Shown here: in pieces, positions 56,387 to 64,000 of the stretch
How the letters are laid out: each line of letters opens with the position of its first letter
Position numbering within the stretch: position 1 is the first letter of the stretch
Source: Escherichia phage SP27
Strand: one strand, 5' to 3'
DNA length: 64,000 nt
Sequence record: LC494302.1
Made by a program: the position numbers and the translations under genes
Notes under the pieces: generated by a model
Databases searched by the model: none
Told to the model about the DNA's origin: nothing
What the model saw: only the letters and a program-made list of their open reading frames with translations

Positions 56387-56995
56387 ATGAAAAGACTATG
56401 GCTTGAAGTGATACAAGCAGCAATGTTTCTATTGTTAATAAATTTTCCAGCCAGTGCTGGTATTGAAAGTAAAAATGTGATAAAGTATAATCCTGAAACC
56501 CGAAATGTATATTTCATATCAGATATTACAGATGGGTCACTCAAGAGAATGATAGAGTTGTATGATAAAGAACACTATGATACCATCACAATTACATCTC
56601 CTGGTGGTGATTTTGATGCAGGTATTCGAATGGCAAACTTTGTTAGAGACAATGGGATAAATTTAATTGTTTCTAGGTATTGCAATTCAGCATGTACTGT
56701 GGTATTCTTTAGTGTATCTCCCGAAAAGCGATATATGACAAATCGCTCAGTACTGGGTCTTCATAACATTTCGATTAAAAGTAATGTTACTGATGGTGAT
56801 AATTCATTTGTGTCTGTAAGACAGCTATCAACTTTTACCGAAGAAATGGCAACAAAGGTAGGTTTCCTTTTTTCACTATATGCAGCAAATGGAATCCCAC
56901 CAGAAGTTCTATTTAGAGTTAGTCGTTCTCGTGGTGAAGATGTTGTAATATTAACAAAACCAGAACTGGTTTTTTACGGTTCAGTCAAACAATAA
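56387..56995 (+). CDS. secreted ClpP/S49-fold serine peptidase-like protein
   Basis: signal-peptide-like N-terminus ending ASAG; TSPGGDFDAG motif. Confidence 0.6.
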   Translation: MKRLWLEVIQAAMFLLLINFPASAGIESKNVIKYNPETRNVYFISDITDGSLKRMIELYDKEHYDTITITSPGGDFDAGIRMANFVRDNGINLIVSRYCNSACTVVFFSVSPEKRYMTNRSVLGLHNISIKSNVTDGDNSFVSVRQLSTFTEEMATKVGFLFSLYAANGIPPEVLFRVSRSRGEDVVILTKPELVFYGSVKQ

Positions 56996-57065
56996 AAATA
57001 ATTAAAATAACAGGATGATTATGATGTACTTCCTTTGTTATTAATTATATTGAGATTATATAACT

Positions 57066-57326
57066 ATGACAAACATCCAAAACTTGACATCTATTATTTT
57101 TTATGCTACTGTAGTAATGTATGCTACAGTTATTTTTCTAACAGTTTTCATTTACAAAGATTATCGTAATGGCTTTATTGATCCAACTACAATGAAGTTC
57201 AATTCAAAATTCGAAGCAATAATTTATTATGTACTATCAACTTCATACTTGGTGTGCCTAATGTTGTTAGGAGCACTAATTTATATCTTATACACAACAT
57301 TATTTGCAATTGGAGCTATTTTATGA
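57066..57326 (+). CDS. small membrane protein
   Basis: 86 aa, three hydrophobic segments; ATGA overlap with next gene. Confidence 0.55.
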   Translation: MTNIQNLTSIIFYATVVMYATVIFLTVFIYKDYRNGFIDPTTMKFNSKFEAIIYYVLSTSYLVCLMLLGALIYILYTTLFAIGAIL

Positions 57327-57916
57327 CCTGTATTATTGCACACACTGACGGAGTAAGTTCTTTTATTGCTGGCGATAAGTTAGGAAGCAATGGATTTACA
57401 AAAACTGTTCAAACTGAGCCAAAGGTATTCGAGAAAGAATTTATCAAGTTACATGATGATGGACTAACTAGAACTAAAGAAGTAATGGCATTGGGTTATA
57501 CTACATCATTTCGTATGGGTCAGTTGTTAAATTATAACCTTAATTTACCTGAACAAGCTGCTGGTCAAACATTTTCACAATATTTGGTTCTTAAAGTTAT
57601 TCCAATCATTCGTCAAATGTTTAAAGAAGAATGGGGTTCACGAGATGCATCACAAGATGTAGGTGGTGGACAATTTATCATTCTCCACAATCATACAATC
57701 TATGAAGTTCAAGAAGACTTTTCAGTACTACAACCTAAAACAAGAATTACCGCAGTAGGTAGTGGGACATATCATGCAATTGCAGCAATGCAAGCATATA
57801 TTGAAGTTGAGAACGAATCTAAAAAACCACTACACGAACGTATCAAATCAATTTTTAAAATTGTTAGTGATAATGTAACAAGCGTAAGCGAAGAGTTTGA
57901 TGTTTTAAAATATTAA
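57323..57916 (+). CDS. HslV/proteasome beta-like Ntn hydrolase
   Basis: Thr at position 2 (MTCIIAHTDG..IAGD) and AVGSGTYHAIAAMQAY resemble HslV TTIV..IAGD and GSG..YA.AAA segments. Confidence 0.7.
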   Translation: MTCIIAHTDGVSSFIAGDKLGSNGFTKTVQTEPKVFEKEFIKLHDDGLTRTKEVMALGYTTSFRMGQLLNYNLNLPEQAAGQTFSQYLVLKVIPIIRQMFKEEWGSRDASQDVGGGQFIILHNHTIYEVQEDFSVLQPKTRITAVGSGTYHAIAAMQAYIEVENESKKPLHERIKSIFKIVSDNVTSVSEEFDVLKY

Positions 57917-57943
57917 AAGTACTAATATTATAAGAGAGAATAG

Positions 57944-58138
57944 ATGATGGCATACACAATTTATGAATGGGTTTTGAGTTTTTTTATAGTTTTTTCTATT
58001 GTTGTAATTTATAACAATGCTAAATGCTTATATAGGGACTTGAAATCCAATGGTTATCACAAAGATAATAATTTTATGTATGCCTATCATATTGGAATCA
58101 TTCTGTTATTATCAATATATTTAATTGTTTTTTTATAA
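57944..58138 (+). CDS. small membrane protein
   Basis: 64 aa, two hydrophobic segments. Confidence 0.5.
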   Translation: MMAYTIYEWVLSFFIVFSIVVIYNNAKCLYRDLKSNGYHKDNNFMYAYHIGIILLLSIYLIVFL

Positions 58139-58147
58139 GGATTGAAT

Positions 58148-58900
58148 ATGATATCAGAAAAATTTATAAGAAATGAAGGTAAAAAGCGATTACTGATTAT
58201 ATCAGGTGCAGGACTTTCTGTTGAAAGTGGTATGGAACCTTTTCGATTTGATGATGGTTTGTGGGATACATTTAAAATTAATGATGTATGTAACATTGCG
58301 AGTTTAACTACAAAATATCATGTTGTTCATTCTTTCTATAATACATTACGTGTAAAATTGGGACAATGCGAACCGAATGCAATGCATTATTTTATAAAAT
58401 CGTTAGAAGATCAATATGGTGATTGCTTCCTTCATATGACTTCTAACATGGACGATCTTTATACTCGTATTGGTGGTCATGAGCTTAAACTTCATGGAAA
58501 CTTGTGTGAAGTTATTGAAAATTATAGTATCAATTCCGATGATTATAATGTTATTAACTGCGGATACGAACCATACATACCAAAACATGATGTTTTTGCT
58601 AAACCAAATGTAGTAATGATTGGAGAATATCATCGTTATGTTGATGGTATTCGCTTACCAATTTACGAAGAACGAAATAATGTGTTGAAATCTCTTAATG
58701 AAAATGATACAGTTATTGTAATTGGTAGTAGCGATACAGTACTGGTATGGTCGAGATTAGCAGCAGCATTGCCATGTTATAGTGTTAATGTTAACATTCG
58801 TAAAAATGATAATGATTTTTTGTTTAATGAAAAAGTTATCAAGCCAGCAACCAAAGCAATACCGCATCTAGAGACTATAATTAAGGAACGTATGAAATGA
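58148..58900 (+). CDS. Sir2-like NAD-dependent protein (sirtuin family)
   Basis: GAGLSVESGMEPFR (Sir2 GAGISxxSGIPxFR), LHGN catalytic His motif, VIVIGSS. Confidence 0.7.
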   Translation: MISEKFIRNEGKKRLLIISGAGLSVESGMEPFRFDDGLWDTFKINDVCNIASLTTKYHVVHSFYNTLRVKLGQCEPNAMHYFIKSLEDQYGDCFLHMTSNMDDLYTRIGGHELKLHGNLCEVIENYSINSDDYNVINCGYEPYIPKHDVFAKPNVVMIGEYHRYVDGIRLPIYEERNNVLKSLNENDTVIVIGSSDTVLVWSRLAAALPCYSVNVNIRKNDNDFLFNEKVIKPATKAIPHLETIIKERMK

Positions 58901-59448
58901 GTGTTAAAGAAGTTCCCTTTGGTGAATATGGCACACGTGCAAATTTTGTATTTTGTTATTTCTTTGCAAGAAAATGCAACCCTTACAAAAACTATGAGTT
59001 GAATGATATACCAGAAGTAAATTTAGTATTACTGCAATTACGATGGGATGGTCTTCTTGGTGGATGTGGTGGAACCGTAGAAAGTACTGATATCTCACTA
59101 GAAGATGCGTTGCGTCGTGAAGTTCAAGAAGAAATGGATTACAATATTTTTGTTTCCCATCTTCGACCACTCAAAACTTTTGAAATTTACCCAGGTGCAA
59201 ACAGTCATAGTTTTAGCTATGAAGTGAGCTATGACGAGTTGAAACACATTAGAGATGGATACACTAATGCTAAACATGCAAGTGCAGAAGTTGCTGGTGT
59301 AAATTTATGTCATATTTCTCGTTATTCTAAGGGACAAAATCGAGAAGCGGGATATAATAATCTTATGACACAGAACTTCATCGGTACAGCAAAACAAGAA
59401 TTGGAGTATCTGGTTCAAAAAGAAAACTTACTAATTAGTTATCTATAG
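58897..59448 (+). CDS. Nudix hydrolase
   Basis: Nudix box GGTVESTDISLEDALRREVQEEMDY; ATGA overlap with Sir2-like gene. Confidence 0.8.
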   Translation: MSVKEVPFGEYGTRANFVFCYFFARKCNPYKNYELNDIPEVNLVLLQLRWDGLLGGCGGTVESTDISLEDALRREVQEEMDYNIFVSHLRPLKTFEIYPGANSHSFSYEVSYDELKHIRDGYTNAKHASAEVAGVNLCHISRYSKGQNREAGYNNLMTQNFIGTAKQELEYLVQKENLLISYL

Positions 59449-59457
59449 GAGTTTAAC

Positions 59458-59778
59458 ATGTCTTACTCAATGTTTTTGGATGATATTCGTGATGCAAATC
59501 TATATTATCCAAACCAAGATATGGTGGTATGTCGTGACTTTAAAAGTGCATGTGAATATGTTATTGAAAATGGAATTCCAGCATTTGTATCATTCGACCA
59601 TGACTTGGGTGATGTGAGCGAAGACGAAAAGACTGGATATTCTTTTGCTAAGTTTCTTATTGATTATATGTTTGATAATAATATTAAAGAACCGTTTGAG
59701 TACTTTGTTCACAGTAGTAATCCTGTTGGTAAAATTAATATTGAAACATACTTAAACAATGGATTTAACGCATTATGA
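59458..59778 (+). CDS. hypothetical protein
   Basis: 106-aa ORF. Confidence 0.55.
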   Translation: MSYSMFLDDIRDANLYYPNQDMVVCRDFKSACEYVIENGIPAFVSFDHDLGDVSEDEKTGYSFAKFLIDYMFDNNIKEPFEYFVHSSNPVGKINIETYLNNGFNAL

Positions 59779-60077
59779 TTCAAACACACATCAAAAGTCT
59801 TATTTGTACTGTTCTGTTAGGTGCAGGAGTTCTTTGGTTCGGACAGTATCACGAGAACACTAAGCGTACCAACATTCACTACAATACCGCAGAAGTTGTT
59901 AGTTTAGGACAATGTAGCGAGTCCAAATGTTCATTTATGTATAAAACCCAAAATGGTGAAGTACGTAATGGACTATCAAGAGAACCAGTTTCAATTGGTC
60001 AACTTGTTTACCAGGAGTGCTGGGAAGAAAAGGTTCGAGGTTCACGTTGCTATGTTGAATACGAACCAAATATGTAA
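59775..60077 (+). CDS. hypothetical membrane-anchored protein
   Basis: N-terminal hydrophobic segment LICTVLLGAGVLWF. Confidence 0.55.
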   Translation: MIQTHIKSLICTVLLGAGVLWFGQYHENTKRTNIHYNTAEVVSLGQCSESKCSFMYKTQNGEVRNGLSREPVSIGQLVYQECWEEKVRGSRCYVEYEPNM

Positions 60078-60137
60078 TAATCCGAGTCAATAACATTAGT
60101 CGAGTACAAGGATGTACTCATAACTCAAGGATGTTTT

Positions 60138-61577
60138 ATGAAAAAATATACAATTGACACAAACGTACTACTATCTGACCCTAATGCATCTATTGCTTTT
60201 GATGGTGCTACAATCATTCTACCATTTACAGTACTGGAAGAATTGGATTCAATTAAGAGTCGTAATGTAGATGTTTCACGCGATGCTCGTGTTGCTATTC
60301 GTAACATTGAAGCAATTATTGCAGATGCATCACATGATGAGATTAGTAGTACTGGTGTTAATATTGCTGATGTTCATACCAATATGAATCCTGATAGCAA
60401 ATTGTTTGTTATTACAAACGAAGAAGCTGAAGCACTAATTCGTACTAAAGGTTCAGAAGAGAAAGTTCAAACCCTTCTCAAAAGCACAGTACCTGATGAT
60501 AAAATCATTCTGGTAGCTTTAGCAACAGAATCAGTACTGGTAACTCGTGATATCAACATGCGTATCAAAGCACTAAGTTATGGTGTCGAGGTACAAGATT
60601 ATCGCCATGATATTGTTATTGGTGATAGTGATTTGATTCACATTGGTCAACACCATTTGGAAATTAATTTTTGGGAAGTATATAGCAACTTAACCAATAC
60701 TAATATTCAATCCGAACAAGTTGGTCGTCGTTTGTATCATTACATTTCTAAAAGCTTGATTGAACATTTGCTTCCACAAAATCTATGCATCGGTGATTAT
60801 CTATATGATGATGCAGACGTATTATTTGTGTACGAAGGTCAATCAGCAATTGAGGAAGATGATGGAACACTAACACCAGAAGATATTTTGGTATTCCAAG
60901 ATATTGGACAATCAGTAGCTTTACGTGCTAAAGTATGGGATATTAAAGCAAAGAATATCCAACAAGCACTCGCCATCAACAGTATTCTCGATCCTGATGT
61001 ACATCTAACAGTACTGCTAGGTTCTGCTGGTACTGGTAAAACACTAATTACGATTGCTACTGCATTAGAATTAGTACTGGAAAAACGTAAATACGACCGA
61101 ATCATCTTCTCTAAAACTCAAGACTCACAGTTTGAAGATATTGGTTTCTTGCCAGGTTCAGAAGCAGAAAAAGTGATTCCATTCTGTGGAGCCGCAATTG
61201 ACGCGTTAGAGTTTCTTCATAAAGATGATGCTAACCCACAAGGTAGTATTGAAGAGATTATGAAACGTAATGTTATTCAATTTAAAGCACTAAACTTTGT
61301 ACGTGGACGTTCATTCACCAACACTATTCTAGTAGTTGATGAATTCCAAAACATTACACCTGCACAAGCCAAAACAATCTTGACACGAGCAGGATTAAAC
61401 TGTAAAGTAGTAATTATGGGTAACTTGAGTCAGATTGACAGTAAGTTTATTAGTCCTGTTAACAGTGGTTTGACATATGTAACTGAGAAGTTTAAAGATT
61501 GGGCAGGTTGTCGTGTCATCGAACTAGAAGGTGTTGTTCGTTCACCACTTGCAGAATTTGCTGAAGAAAATATGTAA
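60138..61577 (+). CDS. phoH: PIN-domain PhoH-like ATPase
   Basis: N-terminal PIN-like YTIDTNVLL; Walker A GSAGTGKT; 479 aa. Confidence 0.85.
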   Translation: MKKYTIDTNVLLSDPNASIAFDGATIILPFTVLEELDSIKSRNVDVSRDARVAIRNIEAIIADASHDEISSTGVNIADVHTNMNPDSKLFVITNEEAEALIRTKGSEEKVQTLLKSTVPDDKIILVALATESVLVTRDINMRIKALSYGVEVQDYRHDIVIGDSDLIHIGQHHLEINFWEVYSNLTNTNIQSEQVGRRLYHYISKSLIEHLLPQNLCIGDYLYDDADVLFVYEGQSAIEEDDGTLTPEDILVFQDIGQSVALRAKVWDIKAKNIQQALAINSILDPDVHLTVLLGSAGTGKTLITIATALELVLEKRKYDRIIFSKTQDSQFEDIGFLPGSEAEKVIPFCGAAIDALEFLHKDDANPQGSIEEIMKRNVIQFKALNFVRGRSFTNTILVVDEFQNITPAQAKTILTRAGLNCKVVIMGNLSQIDSKFISPVNSGLTYVTEKFKDWAGCRVIELEGVVRSPLAEFAEENM

Positions 61578-61581
61578 TATT

Positions 61582-61614
61582 GTATGGGACATAATGTCCC
61601 ATACATGATATAAT
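61582..61614 (+). promoter_or_regulatory. 23-bp perfect palindrome abutting an extended -10 promoter (candidate operator)
   Basis: GTATGGGACAT-A-ATGTCCCATAC (61582-61604), then TG-n-TATAAT (61606-61614). Confidence 0.45.
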
Positions 61615-61645
61615 GTTGTTATCATAATACAGAAGGAGATATAAA

Positions 61646-61834
61646 ATGGCTAAACAACCTAAGAAAAAAGAACCAGTAGCAAAAGTTAAGAAAGAGAAAG
61701 TTATTCAATCTAAAGAACAACGTATGTACGAACAACGTAAGAGTGAAACCCTATCCGGTCTACAAGCTCTACGCAAACAAGGTGTACTAACTCGTGCACA
61801 GTACCGTGAACTAGTAGCTCAGAAAGGTTTTTGA
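61646..61834 (+). CDS. small basic protein
   Basis: 62 aa, Lys-rich N-terminus; RBS AAGGAG. Confidence 0.6.
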   Translation: MAKQPKKKEPVAKVKKEKVIQSKEQRMYEQRKSETLSGLQALRKQGVLTRAQYRELVAQKGF

Positions 61835-61948
61835 TTCATTTGAAGACATATTGTGGAGTTCTTAATAAATACTTTTATAAGAATAATAATACTTTTTATT
61901 AAATTAAAAAGAACTCCATGTGTTATTTCAGTTTTTCGTCCCTGTCTT

Positions 61949-61975
61949 TTGGCAGGGATTTTTTATATCTATATC
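61949..61975 (+). terminator. intrinsic terminator
   Basis: 8-bp stem TCCCTGTC/GGCAGGGA, loop TTTT, T6; preceded by a 10-bp inverted repeat with AT-rich loop (61864-61928). Confidence 0.7.
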
Positions 61976-62060
61976 TTGACAAAAGGAACAAATCATGAGA
62001 ACATGTATTAAAGGAAGAATGACTTTCCATTAGGTTATTTTAACTTAAAGGAGATTTCAT

Positions 62061-62618
62061 ATGTTTTTTGACCAAACATTTACGTTGTATCACGATTCTG
62101 GTAAAGTTGAGATTATTGATAATCTGTTAGAGTACATTGCGGAACATGACGGTATAGACCGTTTCCACAGTAAGATGAAATTCGATTTAGCTGAATTCAA
62201 CAAAAAGAATCGTGAAACATTTTGGAAGAACCGTTTCTATTACGAAATGTTTCCAGAAAAGTTTGTGGGTTATTATCTTTGTACTGAAAAAGGATTACTT
62301 GTATCTCCTGATTTACTTATGGGTGAATACATGATACTCTATAATGAGTACTGGGAACATAAACGTAAAGCTCGTGATACGGAATGGCGACATAAGCGTT
62401 CGTATATGTACAAACATAACCACTCCCGATACAAGCGTCCTAAGACTCAGCAAGAGCGTCGTATGGCTTGTGCAGTACTGAAGGATGAGGGGGAACCTGA
62501 TATACGTGGAAGACGTAAGATGCGTTCATTACCATCGTATTGGGACGATATCAGAACAAGACATAGTACTGGCTGGAAATACAGTACTAAACGTAAACAT
62601 CAATACAAAGGGAGCTAA
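62061..62618 (+). CDS. hypothetical protein with Arg/Lys-rich C-terminal half
   Basis: 185-aa ORF with RBS AAGGAGA. Confidence 0.6.
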   Translation: MFFDQTFTLYHDSGKVEIIDNLLEYIAEHDGIDRFHSKMKFDLAEFNKKNRETFWKNRFYYEMFPEKFVGYYLCTEKGLLVSPDLLMGEYMILYNEYWEHKRKARDTEWRHKRSYMYKHNHSRYKRPKTQQERRMACAVLKDEGEPDIRGRRKMRSLPSYWDDIRTRHSTGWKYSTKRKHQYKGS

Positions 62619-62636
62619 TGCTCCCTAATTTTATAG

Positions 62637-62975
62637 GTGAACTTTATGAACAAAATTGACGTTACTGTAGTGATTGGTTATATTGAAATTGAACCGTGTG
62701 GCATTGATACCTTTATTGACACTCTTAATAAGTATCGTGCTGAATATAACGGTCCCATTAGTCTTTCACCCGACGGTGGTTACGGCGGTTTTCATGGATA
62801 CAATGTAATTTGGACCAGAGAAGAAACTGACGAAGAATATAATACACGAATTGAAGCTGAATCTAAAAGATGTGAAGAAATTGAACGCCAAGAAATGAAA
62901 CACTTAATGAACAAGAAATCATTAAGTACCGAAGAGAAATCTAAACTGCTAAAATACATCAAGGATTACATGTAA
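62637..62975 (+). CDS. hypothetical protein
   Basis: 112-aa ORF. Confidence 0.6.
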   Translation: MNFMNKIDVTVVIGYIEIEPCGIDTFIDTLNKYRAEYNGPISLSPDGGYGGFHGYNVIWTREETDEEYNTRIEAESKRCEEIERQEMKHLMNKKSLSTEEKSKLLKYIKDYM

Positions 62976-63625
62976 TGAAAAATGTAACTCAAGAAAAGAT
63001 TCTGTACCTTGCAAAGTACAATGGTGGTTTCAATATCATTAGCCGTGAGTACAGTGGCAATTTGGCTAAGTTGATTGACAGTTTGTTAGAATTTGATTTC
63101 ATTAAATGGGAAACTAATGAACTTTGGTACGAATATGCTGGTCAGAAATGGGAAAGTGATTATGATAATGCAATACATTCATACACTATCACCAAAGCAG
63201 GTGAAGTTCGATTAGCCATTATGCGTTGTGCATATACTTACAAAAATCATAAAGGTGAAGAAAAACATATTCGCAGAAATGAAGAGCTATTACTTCTCAT
63301 GGAAGCAGCAAAAGTTACAATGCATGATTTGTTCCACCACCCACGTTGGTATGAAAATTTAACAAAAGCAGAGTACAAAGCTTTACGTTACATTGATGAA
63401 CAAAACAACACCCCAGTTGAAGTTAATGTTGTTAGTGATGATGAACTAAGCCTCAAAAATGTATTTGAAAGTACCAGTACTGAAAGTATTACAGACATTT
63501 CTGTACAGATGGCACTAAAAGCAATGGAACTTTTCAAGACACAATATGAAGGACACAGTGCTGAAGAAGTAGAGCGTGAGTTCATTACACGCGTACAGAT
63601 TGCATTGTTCCAATCGAAAAAGTAG
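62975..63625 (+). CDS. hypothetical protein
   Basis: 216-aa ORF, TAATG overlap. Confidence 0.6.
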   Translation: MKNVTQEKILYLAKYNGGFNIISREYSGNLAKLIDSLLEFDFIKWETNELWYEYAGQKWESDYDNAIHSYTITKAGEVRLAIMRCAYTYKNHKGEEKHIRRNEELLLLMEAAKVTMHDLFHHPRWYENLTKAEYKALRYIDEQNNTPVEVNVVSDDELSLKNVFESTSTESITDISVQMALKAMELFKTQYEGHSAEEVEREFITRVQIALFQSKK

Positions 63626-63637
63626 GATGATGTGCAC

Positions 63638-63666
63638 TTGACATGTTCGCTTTGCAATGCGATAAT
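63638..63666 (+). promoter_or_regulatory. sigma70-like promoter
   Basis: TTGACA (63638-63643), 17-nt spacer, GATAAT (63661-63666). Confidence 0.5.
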
Positions 63667-63756
63667 ATGAGTTCAGAAGAGATGGAACGTGAGTTCCTTA
63701 CTTACATGAATGTTAAACTAGCCAAATGGCGTAAATCAATTCAATAGGTATTTTAA

Positions 63757-64000
63757 ATGAAAACTAAAATTATTTCTGAACAAAAAATTGGCAATACTAC
63801 AGTACTGAATCTTGAAGTTCAAGGTCTTAGTAATGTTCGTTCTCTTACGGTTTGTACTCAGAGAGATGATTTGACTGATTTCTATAGCTCAGAATACATG
63901 TCAGAAGAACCTTGGGATATGGGATGGTTGGACGGTAGTAGTTATATCAGTTCACGTTATAGTTTTGGTTCTCATGAAAATATTGAACAATTAAAAAATG
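63757..64000 (+). CDS. hypothetical protein, 3' end outside window
   Basis: ORF from ATG 63757 after AGGTA, runs to window edge. Confidence 0.5.
   Translation, partial: MKTKIISEQKIGNTTVLNLEVQGLSNVRSLTVCTQRDDLTDFYSSEYMSEEPWDMGWLDGSSYISSRYSFGSHENIEQLKN

Noticed and set aside
61864-61928. 10-bp inverted repeat (TGGAGTTCTT/AAGAACTCCA) with a 45-nt AT-rich loop as a separate terminator
   Set aside because: Loop is too long for a typical intrinsic terminator and a canonical terminator follows immediately at 61949-61975; noted only in that feature's evidence.

Overview
AT-rich, almost entirely plus-strand, tightly packed coding window that looks like part of a T4-like (Straboviridae-type) phage genome. 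Evidence for T4 kinship is read from protein motifs and gene order only; no database search was run. Recognisable T4-type genes are RNA ligase 1 (rnlA), polynucleotide kinase/phosphatase (pseT), ATP-dependent DNA ligase (gene 30 type), dCMP deaminase (cd) and PIN-PhoH, plus Dam-type methyltransferase, an NMNAT-like nucleotidyltransferase, Sir2-like and Nudix proteins, two metallophosphoesterases, and three peptidase genes (ClpP-like, secreted ClpP/S49-fold, HslV/proteasome-like). The most striking feature is the first ~27.5 kb: a hyper-expanded array of roughly 45-50 small paralogous genes (about 100-200 aa each) sharing an invariant acidic-aromatic core, roughly [DE][DE]E-x-[FY]-F-Q-x-S-[LT]-[VI]-[YH]-D, arranged in tandem sub-family blocks. 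I do not recognise this family and treat it as the candidate undescribed system. Three further small-protein families, a GC-richer ORF-poor island (31.1-31.66 kb), sigma70-like promoters with extended -10 elements and about a dozen intrinsic terminators are also annotated. No tRNA, rRNA, CRISPR array or transposase/integrase was found by eye.
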